Part shown: in pieces, positions 63,971 to 64,000 of the stretch
How positions within the stretch are numbered: position 1 is the first letter of the stretch
Layout of the letters: the number at the start of each line of letters is the position of its first letter
NCBI RefSeq assembly: GCF_963921235.1
Contig: NC_086105.1
Location: 31,620,001-31,684,000 of the forward strand
Direction: 5' to 3'
From: Mobula hypostoma
Taxonomy: Eukaryota
DNA length: 64,000 nucleotides
Made by a program: the position numbers and the translations under genes
Notes under the pieces: model-generated
What the model was told of the DNA's origin: nothing
The model's database searches: none
What the model saw: the letters and a program-made list of their open reading frames with translations, nothing else

Positions 63971-64000
63971 CCGGCACATATTTCCCCTGCAGTAATTTAG

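Noticed and set aside
49000-64000. Coding exons of the next gene (e.g. DENND2A)
   Set aside because: No recognisable non-transposon coding sequence was found in this interval.

Overview
This is vertebrate genomic DNA, not prokaryotic. The repeat families suggest a cartilaginous fish, probably a ray (inference). Three spliced protein-coding genes can be reconstructed with GT-AG junctions and matching phases: NDUFB2 (minus strand, 3 coding exons, 103 aa, plus a non-coding 3' exon); an uncharacterised VWA + DUF4537 (C11orf16/VWA3B-like) gene (plus strand, 7 coding exons, about 678 aa) lying head-to-head with NDUFB2; and ADCK2 (minus strand, 8 coding exons, 615 aa). In human, ADCK2 and NDUFB2 are neighbours, so the middle gene is extra. 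The rest is intron and intergenic DNA rich in mobile elements. These include Penelope-like elements and many short palindromic derivatives carrying minimal hammerhead-ribozyme cores and ~14-15 bp TSDs, CR1, Rex1/L2-like, RTE and Hero-like LINEs, Tc1/hAT/pogo remnants, a solo LTR nested in a Penelope element, and a 2.5 kb G-rich 77-bp minisatellite. The highlights are the hammerhead-bearing palindromic retroelements, the ADCK2 catalytic loop HGELHPKN (Asp->Glu), the extra VWA-DUF4537 gene, an exon bracketed by inverted satellite copies plus a duplicated splice acceptor, and a CTCF site with its upstream motif.
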